Shown here in pieces: positions 12,229-24,899 of a DNA stretch of 64,000 nucleotides. A program made the position numbers and the translations under genes. Numbering within the stretch: position 1 is the stretch's first letter; each line of letters opens with the position of its first letter. Source of the stretch: Octopus bimaculoides. Its lineage: Eukaryota. Below the pieces are notes generated by a model, which was not told the origin of the DNA, searched no databases, and worked only from the letters and a program-made list of their open reading frames with translations. Where the stretch lies: contig NC_068983.1 of assembly GCF_001194135.2 (NCBI RefSeq), forward strand, positions 111,946,847 through 112,010,846, read 5' to 3'.

Positions 12229-12713
12229 ACAAAAAAGTAGTTGGCAAACACAATATGCAACTTAATCTGGCCATTACAGATAAATTCTGGTTTGTGTCAG
12301 TTTTCAATTATCATTTGCTACAAGTTCACTTTGTGGTTAGAATAATGAGATCAGACTTGTCCTCTGATGAGTGCTTTATGAACCATGAAATATTTAGATC
12401 AATCTCCATTATTTTTCTGTGAACAAAGAAAATAAGAACTATATGCTCCTCTGTTTAAAGTTCCACAGTGAAAAGATTAACAAACATAGTTTTTACTACT
12501 TTAAATTTAGCTTATGTTCTCTATTAGAAAACATACTGTGCATTGTGCATAAGCGTTCGTTAATTATTTATATATGTTTATATGTAGTTTTTATGTGTGT
12601 ATTTGTGTGTTTTTTTATGTTGGAATGATGTATGAACAGAATTCCTCACAGGTATGGTGTCCCTTGCACAATTTTCTTTTCTTTTCTTTCCTTCTTCTTT
12701 TTCTCCCTTCTCA

Positions 12714-12763
<50 letters not shown>

Positions 12764-12835
12764 GGGGGGAGGGAGGAGAGAGACACGCATACACACATGA
12801 ACACTCACGTATGCTTACATACATTTATGTATGTA

Positions 12836-12866
<31 letters not shown>

Positions 12867-13762
12867 TTGTGTAATGTATGTAAGACTTTTGAACTATTTT
12901 ATTCTGCCTCAGGGCCTCAATATGAGTTGTCAAGATGTCTGTCCGTTCATCTACTTCACTTTGTTGTTCGTATACTGTTTACCTCTTCTTCTCTTTGAAA
13001 AGATCTATCGATTGAAAATTCAGAAAATATATAAATAAATGTTTTCATTAAATGCATTATTTTGGCTTCCAAATCTGTTCAAATTTTCATATATTCTCTC
13101 GGTGCTTCATATATCATCTCAAAAACAGTTTATTTGAAATATTCCATACATCCAGTTAGATGATTTTAAGATAATTCTTTAAGTTTTGCATTTTCTATTT
13201 AAAGTGAATACTTTTGTTGTGGAGGTGGTGGAAGCTTGCTGTTAAATTTCTGCATTGGCTGATTGGTAAAACTGTTTTTAATTGTTCTACCATAACTTTT
13301 TAACTATCTCTCTTGACCTTCAGGTTTTGACACAAGTAGTTGAGATGTCTGTTAGCTCATATGTATCCCTTTGTTGTTCATTCTCTTTGTAAAGATCTTT
13401 CAATCAAAAGTTCAAGATAAAAAATGACGAAGCAATAGAGTATATCATTTATTGAAACTGAATTTTTATCTCAAGACTTGAGTTTCACACTACAGCAATC
13501 TTCAAGCAAGAACTGCTACAACTCAGTTATGGTGGTATTGGTTGGTGTGGGCATGATCACATGCTTGTTTGTTCATTAGTTTTCATTTTGCATTTGCTGT
13601 TTGGCTGTTATTTTTCTGGTACTTAATTGGCTATTTTTTGATGAGTGTGGGCAATGTCTTATGCTTTTTTTTTTTTTTTTTACTTTCTAGATATAACTAT
13701 TTCGTTTTTGGATTTGGTTTGCAAGATTTTTTATGTGATTTCATGTGTTGAAGCATATTCTG

Positions 13763-13920
13763 TTGTGTCTGGGGAGAGTCATTTTCTTATTGTGCCTTAA
13801 AATTTAACACACTCACCGGTAAAATTTTAGGAAAATAAAAATAAGAAATAAGTGGAAATTTTACCGGTGAGTGTGTTAAATTTTAAGGCACAATAAGAAA
13901 ATGACTCTCCCCAGACACAA
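13763..13920. repeat. Perfect palindrome, 65-bp arms, 28-nt spacer
   Basis: 13763-13827 is the exact reverse complement of 13856-13920. Confidence 0.95.
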
Positions 13921-14443
13921 TAGATATAACTATTACTCTAATTAAAGCTGTTCTTCTATTAATGATATTTTGATATGCGTTTTGGTCAAGTTCATTTTAG
14001 TATGATTTTTTTATGGTATTATGTTTGTAAATGTTGCTTGCTAGGTCAATATAGGGGACTTTTAAAAATGTTTATTGTTAGTGAGCTTAACAGTGAAACA
14101 GATTAAGGACATATTTATTGCAAATGATGTGTCAGGGTTTAGTGATTTTTGTATGATTCTTAGAATGTTCTTGTGTTAATTAAATTCTTTAGTGTGTGCC
14201 TGTGCATTTTTGCATAAACACATATATACATATATACAAACAACCATGTCAAGAATGTGACAGTTAAATCAATGAAAAACTCCAAATATGCTTACAGCCA
14301 GTACTTACGCAGCATTGGTGTATTCTTTTTAGAAAACTCAGCCATGTGGGGGAATCCCTTAGCCAGCATCAAACAATTCATCTGAATCTCTTTCTGATAC
14401 AACATTAGACAACAAACAAGCAAAACACATGCACACACACACA

Positions 14444-14565
14444 AAGGAATGGCATCCAGCTGTAGAAACCTTGCCAGATCACATTGGAGTCTGGTGCAGC
14501 CTCCTGGCTTGCTAGTCCTCAGTCAAACTGTCCAGCATGGAAAGTGGACGTTAAACGATGATGAT
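14444..14565 (+). mobile_element. RTE 3' end
   Basis: GGCATCCAGCTGTAGAAAC..GGACGTTAAACGATGATG. Confidence 0.8.
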
Positions 14566-14572
14566 GATTATT

Positions 14573-14639
<67 letters not shown>

Positions 14640-14641
<2 letters not shown>

Positions 14642-16030
14642 TTCTTCTTTTAATGTTTTTTTCCATTTCTTGCCAAGTGTCTTCTTGACACCTAGTGCAG
14701 CAAACCCAATCTTTGTCCCCCAGTCATACATCCCCAGGTATGACAATATCTATGATCTTGGTTTCCTTCATCATTTTATCAGCAACAACAATGTCTGGGC
14801 TTTGAGCATCAGTCACTGGATTGTAAAATCCCATAAAATGCTATTCTCATTATTTTTGGTGCCACCTTCTAGTTTATCCTCATACCATTTTAGTGCCCCT
14901 ACAAGGCCATATTTCTCACATGATCTCCAAAGGAACATACTTAGCTACATTATCATGTGTCCAGTCATCTATACTCAATAACATTGTCTGTTTGTACATT
15001 AATGTCACATGGGATTTTGGCCATTGTGTTTCTCCATGGCTGGTTCTTCTGTCTTGTGCTCATACCATTTCTTATGTATTTCTAATCAATAAACCTTACA
15101 GAGGCTACATTAAATGTACTGACTTATTCTATCATGGCAGATTTTGTATTCATAGTGTGTAAGCATCCTACACACTTACTGACAATGTGTGTCACACTCT
15201 CTACATCTCTCCCTCACAAGCAGCTCCATTCACTTTCAGCAATCTTGAAAACAGACTTGTATATGGAGTTGACTGCAAGGTCCTGGTCCTCAGCTGTAAT
15301 AAGAATAACTTTTGTTTACTTTCTTTAGTTCTCCCCTCCCAATGCATCTCCATGAACCATCAGTCTTCACATTCTCAGTTTCCATTTCAAACTTGCCTTG
15401 TAGACCCATTGATCTCTAAATATCTCATTTACTCTTTCTTTGCATTATGAATCTTTAGCATCAATCTTCTTTTCTTCAAATTCATTATCTTAACAACATA
15501 TTGAAGCAAAACTTTGTTTCTGCTTACCAGGTAAAAATCCAACATATGTCTTTCTGCAAGCCCCTGCTACCATGTTTTCAGTCCATGTACTGGTACTTTG
15601 TTTGTAGAAATTTGAAATACAATTTCCATGTACATCAGTCCATTTCATCAATTTCCTCTAGCAGCAAATAAAAGCTACAACTTTGATGTTGATGGCACAG
15701 ACTTGATTCCAGGAATTTAGTTTAGTCTTTTGAAACTTAGCCAGTATATCAAAGTAGGCCTTTAGTACTTGCTTCTTAATCTGTCTAGACATCATTATCA
15801 TCTGACTCCAGTATTTCTATGTACTTGAACCCTGTTTCCTCTGGGTCTGTCAATTATTTTTCCATCGGGTAATATTATTTCATGGGTGTTCTCCTGATTT
15901 CCCTGGTGCTTAGTGACTGTTGCACACTTTGCAATGCCCAGCTCTGTATGTAGGCCTTTAATCACTACATAAACAGTTTGCACCAAGATGTTGATCACTT
16001 TTTCTGATTTTGCAAAATCCATAAAGAGCA
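14640..16030 (-). mobile_element. R4/Dong-like non-LTR retrotransposon (RT C-terminal part, CCHC, RLE), degraded
   Basis: ORF 15798-16022 (FAKSEK..LVQTV..GIAKCA..ILPDG) and manual reading ESVTHIVSKC..EYKICHDRI, KIIDIVIPGD. Confidence 0.75.
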
Positions 16031-16559
16031 GATGTTTAAAGTCTGGTTCTATTTTATTTATTTATATTTTTCTAATTGGTAACTCATCCCTGTCTTCTGA
16101 AGCACCAGGCTCAGAGGAAACAGAGCAAAAATGAAGCACAAGGAAAAAACAAAACACCTTGAAAGATGTCGTGCTTAATGTGAACATTGCCAAGCTTTTG
16201 ACTGTTGGAAAACAGAGCAGTTCTCCATTTAATCATGCTCTCACTCACTAGATTTAATTATGCTCTTGTTCATTATTATTTCTGATTTGACCAGTATTGA
16301 AATACCAGTATCAAACCAGTATTAGAAAAAAAGAGCTATTACAGATACAACAAATGACAATACATGCAATGTTTTATTCCAGATTTTTTAAAGTATCTCA
16401 TTAAGTTGCAGATTTCTTTTATTGAAAGTATTTTTCTTTTATTTTGTTTGTCAAAAAATATTGTATTTTGTTTGGCTTGATACACATCTCTTCAATTTTA
16501 TTTAAATTTATGAATGATTTTTTTTTTTTTTGAGCTTTTATCCTTTATAATGTTACTTC

Positions 16560-17640
16560 TTTCTTCAAGCAGCCACAATGGTAATGTGTTTTACAACATT
16601 GTACCGGAAATCTCTGTCCCCTGTGAGCGTTGATAGGTCTTTCATGTCATGTGCATTTCTACTGATAAAATCAGTGTAACTGTGCAGCCTTTGTTCTCTA
16701 TTTGTGTGCGGAAGTCTTCATAATATAATATGATAAGGCCTGTTTTTTAACATGTTAGCAGCAGCCAGCAATGCCTAACCTGCATTGAACAACAGCAGTA
16801 AGGATGGATCGAATGTATTCATAAATTTTATCTTGGTAATGTACTTATGCCAGGAAATGTTTTAAATCCTCATGGGAAGCTTGATGTATATACCATTGAA
16901 GCAATCTTAAAGCTTCTTCTTTATACTACTGATTTTGATTCCATAGAAAAGAGTGCTTTCTAGATAAATCCTGGAAAAGGCTAGTCTTGTTGACACTGAA
17001 ATACAGATGGCCACAACTTTTCCTGAAGCATTCTGAAGAGATATCAACAAGTTTGACTGTATTACATAGTTGATGAGCTGCAAGAGCAAAATCATCAATG
17101 TAATCTAAGTTTAAGGTATACAGGTTGTACTGCTGTCTTGATTGCTTCAATTGACTGTGAAACTTGTGTCCTGGTTGGAGTGAAGACTATGTTTAAAGAT
17201 GTTGCCACAACAACTACAAAGAGAAACTCATTAGTTGGACTGCCTATACTTTGCATAAAAGCTTGATGGTGATGACCTCGACAATCTGGAACACCGTAGT
17301 TCAACAGAATATCTAACATGACCCTTCAGTTGACACCATCTTCAAGAAATTTACAAATCCAATTCAGGCCTTTTACATGGTGATTTGAGAACTTCTATGA
17401 TTCTTCCTATGGTAAGGTTCTGTGGTGTTTGTTGAAGCCTTTTAATTTCTGTCATCGAATGGTATTAATATAAGGGAAAGTTGTATGAAGGAGCATAAAA
17501 CTGTAGGCTTTTGATTCTAGAGGTGAGGGAGTAAGTCTTTTGTAATTCTGAGGTAGATGAATATTATTTTCATTGGAAGTGAAGTAGATGAAAGGGGTTC
17601 AACAACCTCCAGAATCAAAACAAATGTACTGATGCTTGGG
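16560..17640 (-). mobile_element. RTE-clade RT relic (second RTE lineage)
   Basis: MLDILLNYGVP, FLFVVVV, LDYIDDFAL..SVNKT; C-terminal DGIYIKL..NISW resembles RTE DGxYTRLLR..NISW. Confidence 0.65.
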
Positions 17641-17692
17641 CAGCTCTCATGGAAGTTACCAATAAAAGAGCTTTCTCAGTGATCTACACTTC

Positions 17693-17734
<42 letters not shown>

Positions 17735-17949
17735 TGTGTGCACACCTACATGTATGCGCGCACTCACAAATCCAAGCATGCTTGTATGCACATACATACA
17801 TGCATGCATACATACATACATACATACATACATACATTCATAGTAGTTGGATACTGGTACAAGAGGCTAACATTTTATGGGAAACCACTAATATGTATAT
17901 TCAGAAGCATTATCTAAAGTTAGATTGACATCTCAGATTGGTTTGCTAT

Positions 17950-20000
17950 AACATTAACAAATGTTGCAGCCAAGAATGAAACCACTGACCCATTGCTTAC
18001 CTAAACATTATGCACCAACAAGCCCCTTCAACAAATTCCCCCACAGTCATTGTGTGTCGAACAATATAGTGACTGATAATCTGGCTGGTGAAAAGAAGGA
18101 AGTGTGGAGATATGCCAAACAACTTTTGATTAAGAAAGCTATACTGTCTGAAGTACAAAAAAAAAAAAATCATAGGAGCCTTACAATAATATGACTTGAT
18201 TATAGGAGGGCATCTGACTCTTATTCACCCCTCGTGGGTGCTGAAGTGTCCCCACTTGGCAAAAGTGCCTGCTACCTTAATTGCTGCTGTTGAGAGGCTC
18301 ACAAAGACTAGGGCAATAATTCATATACTTACAACTGAGAATGGAACAAGCATCTCCAACATTATAAATACTTCAAAATAAATATTCCAAGGAGATAGTC
18401 TCTCTCTGTAATTTTGTTTATTTTAGAGTTAAATCCATTCTCCATCTTACTACAAAATCAAATGGCTGCATGCTAGGGTCTAAAACTGCTAGAGATATTT
18501 ATGTAACCCATAATTTCTTTGTGGATGATCTCAAGCTTTATGCTAAAAATGTTAACAATGCCAAAAAACAGCCAGAATTAATAACATCATTTTCAGCTGA
18601 CATAGGAATGGAATTTGTTCATATTTGATTGTTGAATGAGGAGAATCAGCACTCCAGACTCAAAACCTGTGCATCAATGGTCTCATTATCTCTCTTGTTC
18701 CACACAAAGAATGCTACAACTATGTCAGCGTTGATGAAACCATATCATAGGAAGGTTCTGTGAATAAAGATAGAGTGACCCAAGAATATTATGACAGTTG
18801 AATTTTTCTTCTTACAACACGACAATATCCTGCAATGTATTTGCAGTACTAGTGCTAATTCCAACAATTGGGATACTGATCTGTAGAAGAAAATGCACTC
18901 CATAGACATTAAAACCCACAAGGCTTTGACTTCACTGGAAATCTTCACAGGAATAGTGATATCAACAGGCTCAACCTCAGAAGAGATAAAGGAGGTAAGG
19001 GCTTGAAGTCAGTGCAGACAACTTTCAAATGTTATAAAGTCTCTCTCAGACAGCACATGCTAAACAACATTAAAAATAAATACATTAACTTAGTGCTGAA
19101 AAGTGAAGAGAACAATATCCTACATGTTGGCAACAAACACTCTCTACCTGATGACTTACCATACAACCTTAAAACAGCTGGACTAACATACTTTAAAGAA
19201 GATTTGGATGTGTAACACTCAGCATATCAAAAAGAAGACCATGCATGTGTATGTTTCCAGATGACTTGAAGAAGACAGTAATATTGACATGAAGTGAACT
19301 CTTCTAACTGCTACATCACATCACACTTCAAAGGTTATGCATTTGCAATCCAAGAACGAGAGATTGCTACTAAATACCTAATCGACAAAAGAGACAATGA
19401 AATCCTTAGAGTTCCAAGATGCAAGCACATATGTAGATTACATTATTTTTCTGTGGAAGTCATCTCGCATATGATTAGCAGAAGCACAAACATGTCATCA
19501 AGGTACTCCTTAACTATGTGACATGATGTTGTTACAAGAGTAATATACAATGCCATCCTGAAAACAGACGATTCAGGAACAGATATAGAGAATTCCCCTG
19601 TTATTGAATACATACGCAAACATCAATACAAGGAATACTTGTGTCAAATTTGTCAAATGTAAGCTCAACAGGCTAGAAATTGTTGTTTAGAACAGACAAG
19701 AAAAAGTACGTACCATCATAGAGGTCAGCTGTCCTGCTGAAGTGCATATCTCTTTGAAAGTCAAAGAGAAAGAGGATAACTGCTTCAAAACCTCCATCTT
19801 CTATATCTGGACTACTAGTTTACATTTACACAGATAATAATTGGTACACTTGGTCTTGTGAGTAAACGCCTAATTGAGAGTCTGAATAAGCTTGAATTCG
19901 CAGAAAAGAAATCAACCAACTGACTTGCACATTTACAAATACAATCCGGAACTGGAACAGTAAAAGTATGCAAGAATTTTCTCAAGTTTAAAATGTTACC
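17950..20000 (+). mobile_element. R4/Dong-like element, degraded (RT, CCHC, RLE)
   Basis: QLLIKKAILSEV, IFQGDSLS, FFVDDLKLYAK..DIGMEF, FAIQEREIATKYL..CRL..ISH..HDVV, IIEVSCP, IIGTLG. Confidence 0.85.
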
Positions 20001-20029
20001 TTGTTTTCATTATCTACATTCCAACAATG

Positions 20030-22530
20030 GAGCTTTATATCTTTTTTAGAAATCATCTCCTTCTTCAGGGGAAGAATTAAAAAAATCAAAAACAGAAAAG
20101 AACATACATGTCTGCATATTGGACCATGAAGTGAACATTGCAAAATAGAAACTGAACTTGAATGACTGAAGACAGAATGATATGAAAAATGCAAGAAGCT
20201 GAAGCTAAAATATCACGTAGTTTTATCATGTAATTTCTTGAACAACCTGGTATTTTAGCAGCTTTAACAGAATCGAAAATGAGTGTAGAACAACTTGCCA
20301 GTGTTTGAGAAAAAGAATTAAATGTCTTTCAAAAACCAGAGCATTTTCCAAAGAGGAATAAAATACTAAAACTTTGAATATTGACAAACAGTAAAAAACA
20401 CAGCAGTGCCTATTTGAGGTGCAATTTAGCATCATGTTGTAAGTTTCTTGGCGTCTGGTAAAATATCATAAAAATGTAATTTTATCAGATGCTCTTCGAA
20501 TATAAATAATTACATTGGGTTTGAAGAATTTTCAAAGTAGTAAAGGCCATTAGTTCTCACACAAAATCGATCAATAAATGAAAAATAGCTGAAAAGAATG
20601 TTGGAAAATGGATATGGAGAAGTTTGATGTTCATGCTTGTTTATTCTCTAGAAAAGAAGCAGCACTTTGCAATTTTCACGAATTTCCAGTCAGTCTTCAC
20701 TGGAACGAGGAAATGGATTTGATCACTGGAAAGCACCAGAAAAGTTTACAACCCATGAAAAAACAAGACGAAGTTATCGATATTTCTTAACCCTATGAAA
20801 GGAAATTTAAAATAAAATCTTTATCAAAAAAATATGGTATGATTGACATAAAGCTTCAAACTGAAATTCACACAAAATCACTGAGATTTTCTCCATAAAA
20901 TTTTCCATTTCGTGAAATTTTTAGCAGCTCAGAATCTTGTATTTTGTGGTCGAAAAGAATTCCATTGAGGAGGACAATTTTGGAAATCTGTGGTTGTTGT
21001 TAAAATTGTATTGTATGGCCGAAAGGAACTCTATAGAGGAAAGCAATTTTGGAAATTTTGTGGTAGTTAAAATTGTTGGCAAACTTTGATCCTGGCATGA
21101 AAAACATTTCAGCAATACAGAAAAGAACCCTGGAAAAATATCATATTTTCTCCGTTAGTGCAGAATGAATGTATTCAACTGATGGCTTCTTACTGTTTAC
21201 TGAAATTGCTTCGTAGCATTTATAAGGCCGAATACTTTGACCTCATGATTGACTCTACTCAAGATCAAGTAGATTGAGAGAAATTGGCAAAAACAGTTTG
21301 TTATATTGGTATTGATTTTGAGGAGAAAACAATTTTTACAAAAGAGTCTTTTCTTGGATGTATCCAATTAAAATGAAAGGATGTTGAAAACATGGTGAAA
21401 GTAATTTGGGAACTTGTAAAAGTGGAAATGCTGCCGTTAGAAGACTGTTGATCTCAATTTTATGACAATGCTATGGTTATGACTGATTATAAACGTGCTG
21501 TTCAACAGAGAACTAATGAAAAAATTGCAAAGCTGTTTTTGTAAACTATGATATTCAGTCTCCCAATTTGATTGGAGTGTGTGTTGCTAACCAGAATGTA
21601 TTGATGGTAGCATCATTTGTAATTCAATTGCTTTTTGCATTTCTTTTTCCTAGTCAACACTGTGTTGGCAAAAGCTGAAAGATTTTATACTACTGGTTGT
21701 CTATTCTGAAACACTAAGAATTTTTTAAATGGAAACTCCTGATCCACTTCATATTTACTTTGATATCTTTTACAAAACAGGGTTGTTGAACAAAATCAAA
21801 CTTCTGATGCAAGAGGTGGTGTAAATACTGAATCCAATTTGGTTTTTTAATTTCTTGGTTTTTGCTTGGATTTTTAACTAAAATTCTCATTCTGATTGTC
21901 TTTGCTAAAAAAAACCAACTCAAAGATCATAAAAAATGTTTTATAATGCCAAGTGGGATTTAAAGGACTTTCTATGTTATCATTTAAGCAATCCAGAATC
22001 ATTAGGCAGTGTGTCGCTTGAAGCTGGACAAGAACTGAATGATAAGTGGGATATTCAAGAAGGAAAGTGTCCAAGAAAGAACAAAAAGAAATGTCAGCTG
22101 CCAAAATAAAAAGAAAACTCAAATGTTGTGAATAATGATAAACACTATTGATCATCTCCATAATGAAATAGAAGGAAGATTTGCCCATCACTGCAATTTC
22201 AGTTCAAACTTTAGATTTCTCTAAAAAGTCACCCAAACATGTGTATTTTTATAACTCCTCAAATATATTGTTCGGCAAAAAGATGAGTTTTTATTCTTAT
22301 CCAGATTTGTGATTGGCTATTCTGATAACATTCTCTACTGCAATTTCAACTGCTAGCTGTAAGCGATCTTTCAGCTAGTTGAAATTGATCTTATCATATT
22401 TCAAAGTTTCAATGAGCAAAGAAAGGCTGTCAGCATTGAACATTAGAAAACTAAAAACCCCAAACTTTGCTGATATTATCAATGCCTTTACATTATAAAA
22501 AGTAATGAAAATACACTTTTTAAAGATGAG
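20030..22530 (+). mobile_element. hAT (ZMYM1/DUF4371-type) transposase relic
   Basis: AAQNLVF, LANFDP, FSPLVQNE, AEYFDLMIDSTQD, SQFYDNA, and C-terminal ASCKRSFS*LKLI..MSKERLSAL. Internal duplication of about 55 bp at 20958-21076. Confidence 0.8.
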
Positions 22531-22885
22531 GCTCAAAATTATTCATCAAATAGCCAAATATATAGCTGCAAACAAGATACTTTAAAAAGATCCATATAAT
22601 GAAAATCACTTCATTTCATTAAATGTTTACACCATTTTAAAATTGTTTTACTTGTAAAAATATTTGTTTCTTATCTATTTTATGATTGATATATTTATCA
22701 TGCAGAACCGTTTTTACTTGTAATAAAATAAACTTTCTTGAACTATATAAAACTAACTATTCCAAATAAGTTTCTGAACTGTGAAAGTAATTGGTTTGAA
22801 CTGTGAAGAATGCTGGCTTTATGGGTACAATCTACTGATTTACCTTTGGATATGATGAGCTCTACTTCCATTCCTTTTAGGCATA

Positions 22886-22931
<46 letters not shown>

Positions 22932-23205
22932 TTTATATACAGATTAAGATAGTCATGTTGTTAAAAATGACCATTGTTTTATTAATGATAGTAAAAGGCA
23001 TATTTATTACAAATAGTGGGAGAAGACATAAATAGATTTCTTACCTAAAGATTGCCTTTTTATTTGACAGACAAATACTGCAATAATTCATAGATGTGAT
23101 GATGCTTTTTATGTCTATGAAACTTTTCATAATAAAGCTTTTAATAGTAATTCATGAGCATGTAATATGAATTGTCAAATTTAGCCCAAACACTCTGTAT
23201 ATATA

Positions 23206-24105
23206 CAGAGTGGTCAGGATAAATTTAATGACATTTTATGTCTCCTTTTCTCAGGCATAGCTTGATGTATTGGTGAACAGTCAACAGTGTTGACGAGCCT
23301 AAAGGTTAAATTTGTATGAGAAAAAGTTAGCTGATATGGAGGATTGGAAACCATCTAAATATTGACAAAGAATTACTTGTGTCATGATGACTCATACTAA
23401 TATCAAAATGCTTACATAATGGCTGCTGTTGAAAGGTTTGTGAACACTGTAAAGGCTGTATGATGTGACATGGAAAGCTGCATTGGAGACTATTAAGCTA
23501 TGGTCAACAGGACAGAGACAGTAGGCATTCTGACTGTGTCCACATGCTGGACTTCATACAACAGCAGAACAAAGTGATAGAAGATCTGAGCAAGGGAATC
23601 TTGGCAAGAGAGATGGGTGTTAGAATTGCCACTATGAAGTTGGCCCAGAATGAGGGTCTTGCTACCACTCATACAAGAGGCACAAGGGACAAATTCTCAC
23701 AGCTAACGCCAAAGAGTAAGGCTCAATGAAGGCAAAAGAGCTCCTGAACAAGATGAAGCATCCTATTGAGCTGGGGATGATCTGGTTCTTCCCAAATGCA
23801 AAGAAGCTCTACCAGGACTAATTGCACAACACCAAGAACAACAGGTGGCTTGTTTACAATCCATGTGAAGCCCTACATGTCATGAAACACACACCCAAAG
23901 ACCAACTGTGATGATCTTTGAGTGTGTCTCTAGAGAAGGTGATGTCATGTTGCTCTACATCTATGAACAGGGCCTTAGGCTCAATTTTGATTACTATGTA
24001 AAGCTGCTGGCGACTCTGGTCAAATCCTAACTGGTGAGAATTGCTGCTGTGAGGCAGCAGGATTCAGCTTTTTGTCATACCTCCAGAAAGTGTCAGATAT
24101 GATTG
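23206..24105 (+). mobile_element. DD37D (maT-like) Tc1/mariner relic, 3' end cut by an RTE insertion
   Basis: TA|CAGAGTGGTCAGG terminus; LAREMGV, NNRWL, QGLRLN..YVKLL, QQDSA.CHTSRK. Confidence 0.75.
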
Positions 24106-24109
24106 TGGG

Positions 24110-24680
24110 TAGTGTTGCATACCCAGCGCACATAAAAAAAGTACCTTTGTCGGGCAACATGCTCTGCTTGGAGAGACCTATTGAGTCAAGTAAATCAAAA
24201 TCAAAATCAAATTAAATCACAATCAAATGGAAATTTTAGTTGTGGCCAGTGCCAGTGCTGCCTGACTGGCTCCCATGCTGGTGGCACACAATAAGCATCA
24301 TTCATGCATGGGTCGTTGCCAGTACCACCTGACTGACTCCCTGTGCCGTTGGCACATACAAAGCTCCATTTGAATGTGGTCGATTCCACCCTGATCGCTC
24401 CAACTGGCAGCTGTGCTGGTGGCATGTAAAAAACACCATATGAACATGGCCAATGCCAGTGCCACCTGACTGGCTCCCATGCCAGTGGCATGTAAAAAGC
24501 ACCCGCAGCACACTTGGAGTGGTTGGCGTTAGGAAGGGTATTTACATGTAGAAACATTGCCCGATCAGATTGGAGCCTGGTGCGGCCTCCTGGCTTGCCA
24601 GTCTCCAGTCAAACCATCCAACCTATGCTAGGATGGAAAACAAATGTTAAACGATGATGATGATGATGATGATGATGATG
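24110..24680 (+). mobile_element. RTE 3' UTR with about 4 diverged internal tandem units and GAT tail
   Basis: Collinear with the reverse complement of 46711-47105. Confidence 0.85.
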
Positions 24681-24899
24681 ACTAGCAAATGCACCTGTCC
24701 TTTGGACGGTGTATTTTATTATAATGGTGCACTCCTTTGGATGGCTTAAGTTGAAGTAGCCTGCAGTTAGAAGACGTTTCAAGTTGATAAATGTAAAATG
24801 TATAATTACCAATTTCTTTAGCGGTTTATTATATGGTATTAAGCAACCTAGGTAATGAATAAAGATTTTTAACACAAATTTGGTAGCTAGAAATAAATG

